DNA of 64,000 bases from Patescibacteria group bacterium UBA926. GTDB lineage: Bacteria; Patescibacteriota; Doudnabacteria; UBA920. The notes beneath the pieces were generated by a model. The model was given only the letters and a program-made list of their open reading frames with translations, was not told where the DNA came from and did no database searches. Shown here piece after piece: positions 9,140 through 19,800 of this stretch (position 1 is its first letter; every line of letters starts with the position of its first letter). The DNA is taken from the NCBI GenBank assembly GCA_002293685.1, contig DBDS01000002.1, positions 31,742 to 95,741 of the forward strand. The letters run 5' to 3'. The position numbers and the translations under genes are program-made.

Positions 9140-10143
9140 GATTTTTCACCTCTTAAGAATTCTGCTGTCATCTCTGGCGACATCGGATTTACTGGAATAC
9201 CGGTTGCATATTCGAACCCAGCCCAAATGGTTAACCTTGGAAATACAGTAAGGTGCCAGTGGTAACTCTTCTGCTCTTGAATTAAATGTTTATCATTCGA
9301 TTTCGGCATAGTATGAATGTAAAAATTTAAAGGAGGGTCGGACAATTTTAAATACAGCGAGCCTAAGACTTTTTTTAAAACGTGCGACAAGTGCAATAAT
9401 TCGATGTCCGAAGTTGCTTCAAATCTGGCATGATGGCGTTTTGGAATAATCCAAGTCTCGAATGGACTGCGCGAAGCATACGCCGACATCACAATAAAGT
9501 ATTCGTCTTCATACACAATTCTGTCGCGCAATTTGGTCTCCTCCTTTATAATGTCACAGTAGATGCAATGACCAGTGAGTTGATAGTGATGATAACAACC
9601 CCGCATCTCGTCGTGAATATGAGGCGGCACCATTGGCGTAGCCAGAATTTGATAATGCGGATGAATTAAAGACGCGCCAGCGTCACGACCGTGATTATGA
9701 AAAACTTGAACGTAATTAATCTTAGGATCTTTGTAAATCTCTTTGATTCTATCCTGAAACATCTTTAAACTCTGTTGAACCAACACAGCAGATTGCAGAG
9801 CAGGTGGTTCATTATGCTTTCGTGAAATAATCACCTCATGCTCACCGTATCCGGCCTGTGAGTGATAAAACTGACGATTGCGATATATGGTCGCGTTTTC
9901 AAGCGCAGAATACTTGTTCATAATAACGCGAAGTTGCCAGTTTTTATCGTTAGGGACACGGCAAACATCTTCGCAAAGATCAGGGTTCTTGTGCTCGTTC
10001 CCTGGGCAAAAAATACAAGCCGGGTCATGATCGGGCAAACCAAAACCCACGCTGTAAGTGCGGAAGTCTTCAGGGCGCTTACTACGACTTGGCGCAATCA
10101 AGACCCATTGTTTTGTTACTGGATTTTGGCGAAATTGAGACAT
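9136..10143 (-). CDS. galT: Galactose-1-phosphate uridylyltransferase family
   Basis: R.NPVT..WV, CIFCPGNE, GASLIHPHYQ. Confidence 0.9.
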   Translation of the reverse strand: MSQFRQNPVTKQWVLIAPSRSKRPEDFRTYSVGFGLPDHDPACIFCPGNEHKNPDLCEDVCRVPNDKNWQLRVIMNKYSALENATIYRNRQFYHSQAGYGEHEVIISRKHNEPPALQSAVLVQQSLKMFQDRIKEIYKDPKINYVQVFHNHGRDAGASLIHPHYQILATPMVPPHIHDEMRGCYHHYQLTGHCIYCDIIKEETKLRDRIVYEDEYFIVMSAYASRSPFETWIIPKRHHARFEATSDIELLHLSHVLKKVLGSLYLKLSDPPLNFYIHTMPKSNDKHLIQEQKSYHWHLTVFPRLTIWAGFEYATGIPVNPMSPEMTAEFLRGEKS

Positions 10144-10153
10144 AAAGTTAGTT

Positions 10154-10531
10154 TTATTGCTTGCTATTTAAATAATTTTGCAGAAAAATTTGTGCGGATA
10201 AACTGTCGATGTTTTTAGAAGAACCAGCGATTTGCTCGGCCATTGTACTGGATAATCTTTCATCTACAAGCTCTAAGGGAATTTGTAGTTTTTGTTCTAA
10301 CTGTTCTGCGAATAGTCGCGCTTCGGCAGTTTTATCGGTATCTATCCCAGCCATGTTGAGCGGTAATCCGACAATTAACTTCTCTACGCTTTCTTGATTA
10401 ACTATATCAGGAATTTTTTCCCAAAACTCATCTGGTGATAAAATTGCCAACTCTCTTGCTAACTGACCCATTTCATCGGAGATTGCTAATCCGATTCTTT
10501 TCGTCCCGTAATCGATTGCTAAAGTTTTCAA
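10154..10531 (-). CDS. ruvX: RuvX/YqgF pre-16S rRNA nuclease
   Basis: LAIDYGTKRIGLA, VGLP, VDERLSS, IDSLSA. Confidence 0.93.
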   Translation of the reverse strand: MKTLAIDYGTKRIGLAISDEMGQLARELAILSPDEFWEKIPDIVNQESVEKLIVGLPLNMAGIDTDKTAEARLFAEQLEQKLQIPLELVDERLSSTMAEQIAGSSKNIDSLSAQIFLQNYLNSKQ

Positions 10532-11772
10532 AGCTGTGTTTCTCCAATTGTTATGGTGACCACAATTTCGCTGCCATCACGAAAAACCTTAGCTTCGACT
10601 CTATCATTTGGTCTAAACTTTTTTAATGCACGGGCCAAAGAATTATTTTCATCCAAACGCTCGCCGTTTAATTCCAAAATTATATCGTTAGCTTGCAGTC
10701 CGGCTCGAGCAGCTGGACTATTTGGAATAACTGCAAAATCGGTCGGTCTTGTACCTGGTATTAAGAAGGCACCATAATCTTTTGATAAATTATTTACTTC
10801 AGACATAGCAGGAGTAATCATCGAATATCGAACACCCAGATACGGTCGAGCAATTTTTCCTGTTTCCTGATAAATCTCCAAAGCACTGCGCGCATCGTTG
10901 GCCGGAATAGCGAATCCAATCGATTGACCACTAACATCCACGGCTGTATTAATCCCAACCACTAAGCCAGTCATACTTAGTAGAGGTCCTCCAGAGTTTC
11001 CACGATTAATAGCCGCATCAGTTTGAATCACTCCTTCTAACTGCTCCACTACTCCACCACCCCCAGCCGAAATACTTCTACCAATTCCAGAAATAATTCC
11101 GCGAGTGACTGTGTTTTGATACTGGCCTAAAGTATTTCCGATAGCAATCACATTCTGACCTAACTTCAAACTATCTGAGTCTGCAAAGCGCAAATAAGGC
11201 GCGTTTTCAATTTCAATTTTCAATAAAGCGATGTCGTTTGCAGGATCTTTGGCAGCGACAGTCGCCTCATACGATTGACCATCATTCGTTAACACAGAAT
11301 ATGTCGCGGTCTCATCATCTACGACGTGACGGTTGGTCATTATCCAACCATCTTGCGTTACAAAAAATCCTGTACCGGCACCCACTTCTTGAACCCCAGC
11401 ACTTCCGCCAGGTATGTTATACAACCCAAAAGGACCAAAAAATAATCCGCCACGCTGATTAACCTCACGAGAAATTACAATCGAAACCACAGCATCTCCC
11501 GCAGCTTCAACAACATCGGTAATAGCCGACTCTTCATTAATTTGAACATTCTGTTCTAAGATAGCTGTTGAATTGCCACCGCCAAACATATTTTGAAAGA
11601 ATGGACGCTTAGCCAAATCTAATGAGCCGTACATTCCACCGATAATTCCAGCGACCAAAGCAAACACTACAACACCATAAGAAGTGTGATGTGGTGATGT
11701 TTCGGTTTGTGTAACTTCTGTTTCGGTGACCGATTCGTCAGGTTGAATTATTTGGTTTTCTGATTCTTTCAT
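10528..11772 (-). CDS. HtrA/DegP-like serine protease with PDZ domain
   Basis: TNRHV, D, QTDAAINRGNSGGPL, C-terminal PDZ; N-terminal TM. Confidence 0.95.
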   Translation of the reverse strand: MKESENQIIQPDESVTETEVTQTETSPHHTSYGVVVFALVAGIIGGMYGSLDLAKRPFFQNMFGGGNSTAILEQNVQINEESAITDVVEAAGDAVVSIVISREVNQRGGLFFGPFGLYNIPGGSAGVQEVGAGTGFFVTQDGWIMTNRHVVDDETATYSVLTNDGQSYEATVAAKDPANDIALLKIEIENAPYLRFADSDSLKLGQNVIAIGNTLGQYQNTVTRGIISGIGRSISAGGGGVVEQLEGVIQTDAAINRGNSGGPLLSMTGLVVGINTAVDVSGQSIGFAIPANDARSALEIYQETGKIARPYLGVRYSMITPAMSEVNNLSKDYGAFLIPGTRPTDFAVIPNSPAARAGLQANDIILELNGERLDENNSLARALKKFRPNDRVEAKVFRDGSEIVVTITIGETQL

Positions 11773-11783
11773 AAAAGAGGATA

Positions 11784-13409
11784 TTAAGGTGTAGTGGTAA
11801 GAGGAGGGTTAGAAGTTGTTGGGGGAACGTTGGGAGATGTTGGTGTTGTGTAAGTGGTTCCGGTGATAGGAACAACTGGTTTGATTTGTGCTGTTGCTAA
11901 ACAAACATTACGCTCAGCAATAATTCCAATTCCTCCTGGTCCAGAAGTTGAACCTCCTGCCAAAGGTGTAAATATAAATTTATTGACTAAGTTTTGAACT
12001 ACAGAAGCTACCAATTGCCCTGCGATATTTTCAGAGTTGCTTGAGCCAAGGTTCATAGCTCCCGAAATAGCGCTTTCCTGAACACCCATGATCGAGGAAA
12101 TAGTTTTATTAACCTGACTGTTTACAATATCGCGGCCGGTTTTCAAGCCTGGACTAAGAACTTCTTTTGCAGCCGCAGCATCTGCTTCGGCTTTAGTTTG
12201 AGCTGCGAGACTTTGATAATATCCCTCCCACCACACTGGATAATTTTTTTCGTCGCTGCCGAGACGAGCTAGCTTTTCCAAGAAATCCGGATCACTAGGG
12301 CTAATAATTAAATCATTCCCCACATTCTGACGCGCCTTAGCAACAAAGATTTGATTAAGCTGCCTTTTATCAGGAGCAACACAAAAATACTCTGGTATGA
12401 ATTTTGTAATAATGTCTTGGTCCAAAGGATCAGAGACAAATTTCTTCATATACTCAACTGAGTAAAATCTTCCTAACTCATTCGAATAGTATAGCTGACT
12501 AGCAATAGCGAATGTTTTTTCAATATGAGAAACTAGTTTGTCTATTATTTGAATACTGAATTGCGCAAATGACCTAGCAAGGCCAGTGCGAATTCCCTCA
12601 TACAAAATTTGCTGCCAATCCGTGACCACTGTAACAGCAAACTGTGCTTGAGCGGTTTTTACTAAGCCAAATTTTGGTAATTCGTAGCCATCAGGAAGCA
12701 GTCCTGCATATGTCTGGTTGAGTTTTTGCAATTCGATGTTTGTAACTCCCAAACGGTTATCAATTACAGCGTATTTATTATAAACAGTTGGCCAAGGATT
12801 AAAATCATAGTTACCAGCGTATTCTTTCGCAGTTGAGAAAACCTGACCATATTCTTGTAAAGCAATGATAGTTGCTTTATGTAACTCAACAGCGTTAGCA
12901 GGAACTTCAGTTTGCCTCAAATTTCCAACCAGAGAATTACTCAACTCCTGTGCTCTCGCTAACTCATTTGGATTAGCGTTTGCTGCAAAAAACTGTTGTT
13001 GATCAAGCCGAGCATCACGTTGAAAATTCTCAATCATTGATTTTGTCTTCGTGAAGTAATTCACCACAAAATCAGGATCAGTTCTATTACTAATATTCAA
13101 TTCCGCATTAGCTAAAGTGGGAATAACAACCCGCTGCTTGGTCTGTAAGGTGTCTTCCACTTCTTGGCGAACCAAGTCTTCAGAAGCAACCTTCTGCAAG
13201 AACTGTTGACTTGCTGCATAATTTGGCTCAATCGATGCCAAGAACTGATTGTACTGTTCTAGTTCTTCTTGTGCGAGCCTAGCCTGCTCGGAATAATCGG
13301 TAGGATCTCTAAAACTCCACTGTCCAGGTTCCCAAATATTCACAGCAACAAGAGCGAGTACGGCCAAGCCAATCACAATCGCATATATTTTTTTATTTTT
13401 GTCTTCCAT
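11784..13409 (-). CDS. Large membrane-anchored extracellular hypothetical protein
   Basis: 541-aa ORF, N-terminal TM, helical body, P/T-rich tail. Confidence 0.8.
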   Translation of the reverse strand: MEDKNKKIYAIVIGLAVLALVAVNIWEPGQWSFRDPTDYSEQARLAQEELEQYNQFLASIEPNYAASQQFLQKVASEDLVRQEVEDTLQTKQRVVIPTLANAELNISNRTDPDFVVNYFTKTKSMIENFQRDARLDQQQFFAANANPNELARAQELSNSLVGNLRQTEVPANAVELHKATIIALQEYGQVFSTAKEYAGNYDFNPWPTVYNKYAVIDNRLGVTNIELQKLNQTYAGLLPDGYELPKFGLVKTAQAQFAVTVVTDWQQILYEGIRTGLARSFAQFSIQIIDKLVSHIEKTFAIASQLYYSNELGRFYSVEYMKKFVSDPLDQDIITKFIPEYFCVAPDKRQLNQIFVAKARQNVGNDLIISPSDPDFLEKLARLGSDEKNYPVWWEGYYQSLAAQTKAEADAAAAKEVLSPGLKTGRDIVNSQVNKTISSIMGVQESAISGAMNLGSSNSENIAGQLVASVVQNLVNKFIFTPLAGGSTSGPGGIGIIAERNVCLATAQIKPVVPITGTTYTTPTSPNVPPTTSNPPLTTTP

Positions 13410-13426
13410 TTTTTTTAATTTAATTT

Positions 13427-14986
13427 TTACTCTACTAATTCCCCTCCAAATATTTTTAAAGCATCCGACACTACGACCGCAGTATCGGTAATTTTTTCTG
13501 AAACCGACAGATTTTTATCTATTACAGCTATAAACGCAACAGAACCACCCGCTTGTTTGCTAAGATAGTCGTTAATTAAAGTGCGCATTCGAGCGCTTTC
13601 GAGTTGCTCTTTATGAAATAAATATTTTACGGATACAGCCACGCGATTACCTTCAACTTTAGAAATCGGTGCATTTTTTAGTAAGGTGGCTAATGGACTA
13701 TTAAACTTTCGGACTTCTGCAATAAGCTCTGGCCACCAACCTTTTACCTGATCTTCCGTTAAGGCAACGTTAGAATTTTCGGAAACAGCTACTTCTTCTG
13801 ATTTTTGTTCAATTTCTAATTTTTCTTCGACAACTGTTACAGGTGATTCTATAACAACTTGGGCTTTGGAAACAACTGGCTTAGTGCTATCTGGTGTGGA
13901 ATTAGCGTTATCAATGTTCTTAGAAGCTTGTCCGCCCGAGCCAGACATATACAAAGCTGCCTCAATACTTGCTAACAGTAGAGGTAATTCTGGACTTAAA
14001 GCTTTTTCAATTTCTTTATAAGCTCTTAGGTATAATCGGATAATATGTAGAATTTGAGGTAATGCAAAAGCTTGGCCTAACGAATCGGTCCGCGTCTGTC
14101 CAGCCAAAGTTTGTTCCAACAATTCCTGTAACACTCCCAAAGTTTTTCTGGTAAAACTAGAAGCGTCAAAATTTAGTTCTGTCTGTTTGGCAAAAAATTC
14201 TGGCAACGCTGCGGTCTGACCTTTTGATATAAATAATAACAATTCTTCGATAGTGGCTCGTGATGTAGTGCCGAGTAGTAAGTGAATGTCGGATTCGCTA
14301 TGATCTTTTTCTAACACGGAGATCATAGACAGTTGTGATAAAGCATCACGCAACCCACCTTCGCTATTTTCTACAATAATTTCTAAGGCGCCCGCAGGTA
14401 ATTTTAATTTTTCTTGCTTCACAATACTTTCTAGAGTTTTTAAAATCTGCGGAGCGGTAATTTTTCGGAAATCAAACCTTTGAGTTCTAGAAATTATAGT
14501 TTCCGGAACTTTATCGATATCTGTAGTAGCTAAAATGAACAATGCATGAGCTGGCGGTTCTTCCAAAGTTTTTAGTAAAGCATTGAAAGCTGCTTTCGAA
14601 AGCATGTGAACCTCGTCAATGATAAAAACTTTGGTCTTGCCTTGACTTGGCCCAAAATTGATTCGTTCGATAAGTTCGCGAATGTTATCAACGCCAGTAT
14701 GTGATGCGGCATCTATCTCTACTACATCAAGAAATGTTCCGCGGCCAATTGCAGTACACACATCACATGTCCCACACGGGTCACCGTCTTTGACTTTCGG
14801 GCAATTTACGGCTTTGGCCAAAATCCGAGCGAGGGTAGTTTTTCCAACTCCCCGACTTCCGGTAAATAAATAGGCATGACCAACCCGCCCGAGCTTCACA
14901 GCTTGCGACAAAGCCTTAACAATTGATTCTTGCCCCACAACTTCGCTAAATTTTTGAGGACGGTAGGTTTGATAGTAAACAGCCAT
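13427..14986 (-). CDS. dnaX: DNA polymerase III subunit gamma/tau
   Basis: YRPQKF, GSRGVGKTT, EIDAAS, IIDEVHML, LLKTLEEPP. Confidence 0.97.
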   Translation of the reverse strand: MAVYYQTYRPQKFSEVVGQESIVKALSQAVKLGRVGHAYLFTGSRGVGKTTLARILAKAVNCPKVKDGDPCGTCDVCTAIGRGTFLDVVEIDAASHTGVDNIRELIERINFGPSQGKTKVFIIDEVHMLSKAAFNALLKTLEEPPAHALFILATTDIDKVPETIISRTQRFDFRKITAPQILKTLESIVKQEKLKLPAGALEIIVENSEGGLRDALSQLSMISVLEKDHSESDIHLLLGTTSRATIEELLLFISKGQTAALPEFFAKQTELNFDASSFTRKTLGVLQELLEQTLAGQTRTDSLGQAFALPQILHIIRLYLRAYKEIEKALSPELPLLLASIEAALYMSGSGGQASKNIDNANSTPDSTKPVVSKAQVVIESPVTVVEEKLEIEQKSEEVAVSENSNVALTEDQVKGWWPELIAEVRKFNSPLATLLKNAPISKVEGNRVAVSVKYLFHKEQLESARMRTLINDYLSKQAGGSVAFIAVIDKNLSVSEKITDTAVVVSDALKIFGGELVE

Positions 14987-15056
14987 ATATTTGAATTATA
15001 CCATATATAAAACCGCTTATAATTAAGCGGTTTTATTAAGAAAAAATCAAGTAATT

Positions 15057-15728
15057 TTATCGCTTGAAAACAAACATTTTGTAAGCCAAAAAATTCCAAA
15101 TTAAAGATAAGCCGGTAGCAAGAATTTTAGCCACATTTTTAACGCTATCCTCGTTAATAAAGCTAGATAAGGATGGCGCGAGAGCAGAAGAAGCCAAAGC
15201 GACAATACCGCTGTTGATAAGCAAACCGATAAAGCTGACCACCATAAAACTTATAAATTGCTGAGCAACTTTACTATCATCTCCATTATTACTGGTTAAC
15301 TTTAATCCAAAGGCGTACCACACTAAAATTTCTGAAACTATGAAGACTACTAAGATAAACAGATAGTAGTTCTCCATCGCACCCTGAATACTACCTACTA
15401 TTACGAGTAAGAACGCAAATAATCCCAAACCGCCTACAATCATCAATCGGATGGCATTAGCCAGTGGGGAAATATTAAAGCTGTGGAATGTCCATGCGCG
15501 GTTCCAGAAATAACTTTGAATCATCGCCGCGGTAAAACCAATCATATTAAGAGCTCCCAATGTAACCCCTTCAGTAACACCAAAAGATTTAGTGATGTAG
15601 TTCAATATAATAAAATCCAGCGCGGTGTTGATTGTGCCAATGGCAGCAAAACGCAGGACTTGCAAAATGACTGGCCTAGCTTCTAATAATCGAGCTAAAC
15701 GCTGGTTATATAACGATAATGTAGCCAC
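15057..15728 (-). CDS. GtrA-family membrane protein (extended)
   Basis: RFAAIG..NT..DF, SYFWNRAWTF, WNF..YK.FVF. Confidence 0.85.
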   Translation of the reverse strand: MATLSLYNQRLARLLEARPVILQVLRFAAIGTINTALDFIILNYITKSFGVTEGVTLGALNMIGFTAAMIQSYFWNRAWTFHSFNISPLANAIRLMIVGGLGLFAFLLVIVGSIQGAMENYYLFILVVFIVSEILVWYAFGLKLTSNNGDDSKVAQQFISFMVVSFIGLLINSGIVALASSALAPSLSSFINEDSVKNVAKILATGLSLIWNFLAYKMFVFKR

Positions 15729-15764
15729 GTTTGTTTATTTAATAATTGGATAAAAGTTTGAAAA

Positions 15765-16406
15765 TTAAAACTCTTCGGTTTCTGGTTGCATCATTGGCTC
15801 GGCTTCCATATCCTGATCGCTGTCCATTGCACCGTTACCGATTGAACCATCGAATTCCGTGTCACCACTAGCACCGTGCTTAATTACGTTTTCGACAGCT
15901 GCCCATTGACTATCCCCTTCTTGAGGAACGACTATAGTGACTTCATCTCCCGCCGAAGCTTTAAAATAGGTTAACGATGCCAACAATACTCTGTAGGTTT
16001 TTCCATCTGCAATTACTTTGTAGTCGCCGTTTTCATCTTGCAATAAAATACCAATAATTTTCTTGCGGTCAACCGGACCAATTTGTTTATATATAAATGA
16101 ACCGTCGTCGGCGATTGTTAGTTTTAACACATCACCCTCGACTAACTTTGACTTTGAAGCGTAGTTGGCAGGAACAGGATATTGTTTGTTGTCTGGACCA
16201 ATCATATTTTGACCATCGAACACACCTTCGATGATTTTTCCACCATCAAGCACAGATAAACCGGTCGCTTTTTCGGCAAAATTAGTTGAACTACGTGAAG
16301 TCGAACCACCTGCCATTTCACGCAATAAGTGTTTCGCTGATTGAATATTCTTTTCGGCCGCCTCAATCATTTGCACAATTAAAGCGAAATTTGCATTTTT
16401 ATCCAT
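15765..16406 (-). CDS. Conserved hypothetical protein (CPR-type, IEGVFDG...VPANYASKSKLVEGD motif)
   Basis: Long ORF with a motif I recall from CPR genomes; function unknown. Confidence 0.8.
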   Translation of the reverse strand: MDKNANFALIVQMIEAAEKNIQSAKHLLREMAGGSTSRSSTNFAEKATGLSVLDGGKIIEGVFDGQNMIGPDNKQYPVPANYASKSKLVEGDVLKLTIADDGSFIYKQIGPVDRKKIIGILLQDENGDYKVIADGKTYRVLLASLTYFKASAGDEVTIVVPQEGDSQWAAVENVIKHGASGDTEFDGSIGNGAMDSDQDMEAEPMMQPETEEF

Positions 16407-16516
16407 GAATTATTTGTTTTGTTTTTGTATATTTGAATGCCAAGTTTTTGTTTCTAAACAGACGTGAAAACTTTGTTTAATTATAACACGGTTCTCCAAA
16501 AAGGCAAGTAAATATT

Positions 16517-16831
16517 TTATTTATCCATAACTTGTTTTGCTGATTTGAGGGAATTCATCTCATGCTCAATAGCCTCTTCTATTTTGAAATGAATATTCGG
16601 AACTTCCGCGGTAAGCTGAGCGATCCCTTCATCCATTTTTTCAGCGTCATCAAGTGCAGTTAGCTGTTCGAATCTAGCTAATTGCTCAGCATTAAGATTA
16701 CTCGTTAAAGTATCAATCATGACCTGATTGAGGTGCTCGGTGATTTGAGCTATGACTTGATACTTCTCATCTTCTCCTAAAGATTCCAAGCCAAGCTCAG
16801 TAATTAATTTGTCTATAGATTCTTTTAACAT
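16517..16831 (-). CDS. Acidic helical hypothetical protein (DUF5663-like)
   Basis: 104-aa acidic helical ORF directly downstream of the 1144-aa gene. Confidence 0.7.
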   Translation of the reverse strand: MLKESIDKLITELGLESLGEDEKYQVIAQITEHLNQVMIDTLTSNLNAEQLARFEQLTALDDAEKMDEGIAQLTAEVPNIHFKIEEAIEHEMNSLKSAKQVMDK

Positions 16832-16835
16832 GGCT

Positions 16836-19800
16836 TTACTTCTTAATAAAGTTTTCTACCTTGGTCAATAACTCACGCGCTTTCTTCTTATCATCATCTG
16901 AGCCTGACATCAATGATTCGATGCTATCAATAGAAGACTCTACCACGTACTGAATAATATTTTCTGATGTTATGTTTTTAGAAATATTCGGCAGTTTGTC
17001 CTTACTCTCTAAAAAATCTTCAGCTTTCATTTTGTTTCGCTTGAAATATGATTCGATATGTTTAATCCTTGTAGTGGGAAGTTTTTTCCTAAATTGCTTT
17101 TGAATTTTTTCTAATCTCTCCTTATTTTCAACTTCATCATTATCAATTACCTCTTTTGAGGATCCATGATCTAAATTAATTCCCATTTGTTTAATCACAA
17201 CATCTGCGAACCTTTCAGCAACAACTTGGTCATTAGGTTTTTTTGATTCACGAAGCACAGACATACTTGAGAACCTATTCTTTACAGCATCAGAAACCTT
17301 ACTCAATCGTTCAGGGTCTGCCCTGCGAAGCCCTTCCTCCAATTGTCTATTGAGATATGCTTCATCAGGTTTAGTTAAATCTAAATCCAATTCCCCAGGT
17401 TTCGTTTGGTATTTGTCTCCTAAAACAATTTCCACATTAGACGGAAGGCCATCTGGGAATTTCCGATTGATAATATCAAGCAAAATCTCCTCAGCTGGTA
17501 CGCGTTTAGATTCGGGTATCTTAGAAAAGGCGTCATTAGTCATTAAGTCTGGGTATTTAGCAAATTGTTCTTCACGATTCATTGGTCCTAGTACAGCAGT
17601 TCTTTCTTTGTGAGATTCGCGAAGTAATCCAATAATTTCAGCAGGTTTCAATGCATTATAAGAAATTCCCCCTTTAGAAAGTTTAATTAGCTGTAAAGTT
17701 ACTTCATCTCTCTCAACAAAGTCAGTTTCTCCAATATTTATAGCCTTTAAGCCTTTGGTAATTCTTTGCAGTTCGTTTGGCTTAATTGAGTCAAAGGCCT
17801 TCTTCACTCGACTTAGTGCACGATATTGATCTTCTGGAGATAATTGATCAAAAACCCTCTGATCAGAAAGCTTAACTTTAAAATCGTATTTTGATTCAAA
17901 CTCCAAAAACTTTTTGGCGACCTCGTTCTCGATCACTCTACCAACCAGACTTTCAATATCACTCCAGTCAACTCTTGAAAATACAGGAATCCCCACAATT
18001 ACAGAATCTCTATCTGAAACCAAAGTTCTTTCCTTATCAGAAGACATATTCAAAACTATCTTGGTGTTTATATTTAGAGTCCTTAGTTTTTTTGCTGACT
18101 TAATGAACTCATCAACGATGTATTGAATCTTATCAATTTGCTTTTCTAATTTTTTATTTCCATCAATATGAACTTCCGCATTAATTCCCGCGGCGATCAG
18201 TGCTTGATTAAATTCTGCTTCAGCCTGAGATAATTTTTCTTTTTCAGGTTCGGCTTTTTCCTTTTCCTCTCCGTCTGTTTCAGTATCTTGAGATAAAGCT
18301 TTCCCCCAATCAAAATCAACAGGAGCATCTGGAGAATCAGGTCCTTTAGGCTTATCACCGGTTCGAGGGGTAGAAGCTAGAGGTGTAGTGACCGGAGGAT
18401 TTTCAGGTCCTCTATTACCAGGAGTACCGCCTAGTGCAACCCCACCGATTACAGTACTATTCTCGTTGGTATTATTTTCACGACCTGGCCTGGAAGCAGC
18501 TTCTGATGCGAGTACAGCAGCAGCTACTACAGCAAGAGCTGCATAGTCATCTGCGGTAAGCTCAACATCTTCATAAGCTTTAGACTCAGTGATGGTTTCG
18601 GTTATAAACTGTTCCATCGCAACTGGATCAAAGTCCAACATTTTAGCTTTTGTTGCTTCAGAAAGAAAGTGCGCCTTGGTTTGAATTAACTCGCCAATGT
18701 TCTTTATTCCAGCTTCGGTTAACTTGGCGTTCTCGCCTATCACACCAGCTTTTTCTAAAGCCTCTTCAACATACCCACTAGAAACTGTAAATTCAGCTGA
18801 ATTTACATCGATTCCCTGCCTTAGCGCCTCTTTAACTAGAGTATCTTCAGCATAAACTAATTGCTCAATGGTTACCCCGCTCGCAAAATTAGCGTTTACG
18901 CCTTTATGTTCTTCGATAAAAGTGTGAATTGCATCACGGGCACCACCGGTTAAGCCGCGATGATCCAGTTTATTAGTATATGACTCTGACAAATTTGCTC
19001 GGGTTTCAACAATTGGAGTTGATTCTTGAATAACAGCACCGCTATTCCATAACTTATCTGCACTTTCAACTAACGCCGCCCCTACTGTCGAACCAAGTGC
19101 ACCATAAGCCGCGCCGCGTAAAATAGCTTTGCCAACAATTGCTTTCTTGTTCCTAAAAACATTTCCAAAATCACGCTTGTAATTAATATTGCGCTCAATT
19201 CGGTTCAATAAAACTTGAACTTCTTTACCGCGATCCGATTTAGCGTAGTTATTCTTAATGTCCTGTGATGCGCCTAATAAGTATTCAATTTTATCTTTCT
19301 CTGAATAATTCGCAAATTTTCCATCCTTTTTTGCTAACTCAGTTTGCATGTTAAGTCTTGCCGCATCTAAAGTTTGCTTAATCTGATTATATTCCTCTGG
19401 TGACGCATCGAATTTTTGGTTTTTATGAAGTTCTTCAAGCTTGGTCAGCAAAGCTGCTTTCTCAAGATAATCAGCTTGGTTAAACTTCTCCATAATTTCC
19501 TTCGACTGATACGCTTTCGACTCTCGGAACAAAGCTTTTCCACCTTCTAACAAACCACCAGCGGTGGCTCCAGCAGCGATAGCAAATGGAAGGTTCGCTC
19601 CAAAAGCTGCAACGTATCCGGCTTTGACCGCACCACGAACAGCTGCGCCTGCACCCATACCAACTAAGAATGAACTCAAACGTGGATGTTTTGCAGACCA
19701 ATCACCAACTCGATCTTTAAGTCTTCCAAAGAATCCTTGTTTTGTATTTTCGTCGAAAAGAACTGACCGAATTGCTTCAGCCTGAACAACACCGATTTGG

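Noticed and set aside
9136-10531. Alternative genetic code (UGA=Gly, as in Gracilibacteria/Absconditabacteria)
   Set aside because: TGA acts as a stop in ATGA overlaps (galT/tpiA, htrA/ruvX) and conserved genes are intact under code 11.
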